Source: Candidatus Cloacimonadales bacterium (GTDB lineage Bacteria; Cloacimonadota; Cloacimonadia; Cloacimonadales; JAFGVF01). From it: a stretch of 64,000 nt of DNA. The position numbers and the translations under genes were made by a program. The DNA is taken from assembly GCA_963667035.1 (NCBI GenBank), contig OY762964.1, positions 2,208,001 through 2,272,000 on the forward strand, in the 5' to 3' direction. The notes beneath the pieces are model-generated. The model searched no databases. It saw nothing but the letters and a program-made list of their open reading frames with translations, and had not been told where the DNA came from. Positions 63,634 through 64,000 of the stretch are shown here, one piece after another. Within the stretch, counting starts at the first letter, position 1, and every line of letters begins with the position of its first letter.

Positions 63634-64000
63634 ATGAAAGTTAAGCTTGATTTAATCGGAAAGGCATTAATCGGTCGAGTTGGAAAGCTCGTATTCTACT
63701 TAGTTCCAAAAAGCAATGTGCTAATGGCTCGTAGATACACAAAACCTAGAAAGAATAAAACCCATAAGAATCTTGGACAAAAGTCGTCAAATATTAGTAG
63801 GTTATATCATAGTGTCTCTTCCGGTTATCATGACGATCTTGTGTATTATGCAACTCAATTGAATGTGAAAACTGTTGGAGAACCTTGTGTATACAATTCC
63901 TACAATGTTTTTACAAAGATGATGTATTCACTGAAACGATTACATCCTGAAATTGATCTCAAAACTATTACAATTCAGTACATTATTGATAATAGTTTAC
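63634..64000 (+). CDS. Hypothetical protein (partial, runs off the window; not in the ORF track), paralogue of 58206-58667
   Basis: CAGGAGG RBS; MKVKLDLIGKALIGRVGKLVFY...RRYTKP...YHDDLVYY...FTKMMYSLKRLHPEIDLKTIT is open to the window end. Confidence 0.8.
   Translation, partial: MKVKLDLIGKALIGRVGKLVFYLVPKSNVLMARRYTKPRKNKTHKNLGQKSSNISRLYHSVSSGYHDDLVYYATQLNVKTVGEPCVYNSYNVFTKMMYSLKRLHPEIDLKTITIQYIIDNSL

Overview
AT-rich bacterial chromosome segment from an anaerobic diderm. Cloacimonadota (WWE1) is my inference from the lysine-fermentation genes and a lineage-typical hypothetical family; it is not proven. Housekeeping and metabolic genes: pgsBCW poly-gamma-glutamate operon, gpsA, kdd-kamA, lepA, tldD/pmbA, rpsO-pnp-ahcY, nucleotide-sugar genes, tadA, tRNA-Ser(CGA), a DUF134/NifX/P-loop-FeS operon, GH31, tRNA-Arg(ACG) and ackA. 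Accessory DNA: an EcoRII/Dcm-type RM pair, a truncated IS3, three related YfbK-like VWA gene copies, a pentapeptide/K+-channel gene with an in-frame TAG, and a likely defence island at 58-64 kb. Main signals the ORF track misses: (1) the ORF at 7508-8338 extends to an ATG at 8629 through one in-frame TGA just after a signal peptide (FASG-U) and followed by a bacterial SECIS-like hairpin, so it is a candidate new exported or lipo-selenoprotein; (2) four intergenic palindromic arrays with strict 11-bp periodicity but mostly different cores; (3) a near-perfect 32-bp inverted repeat in front of two divergent paralogues that bracket a DUF3800 + BECR-like nuclease + small structured RNA module and a YejK-like + membrane protein pair. 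All family calls come from motif recognition by eye, with no database searches.
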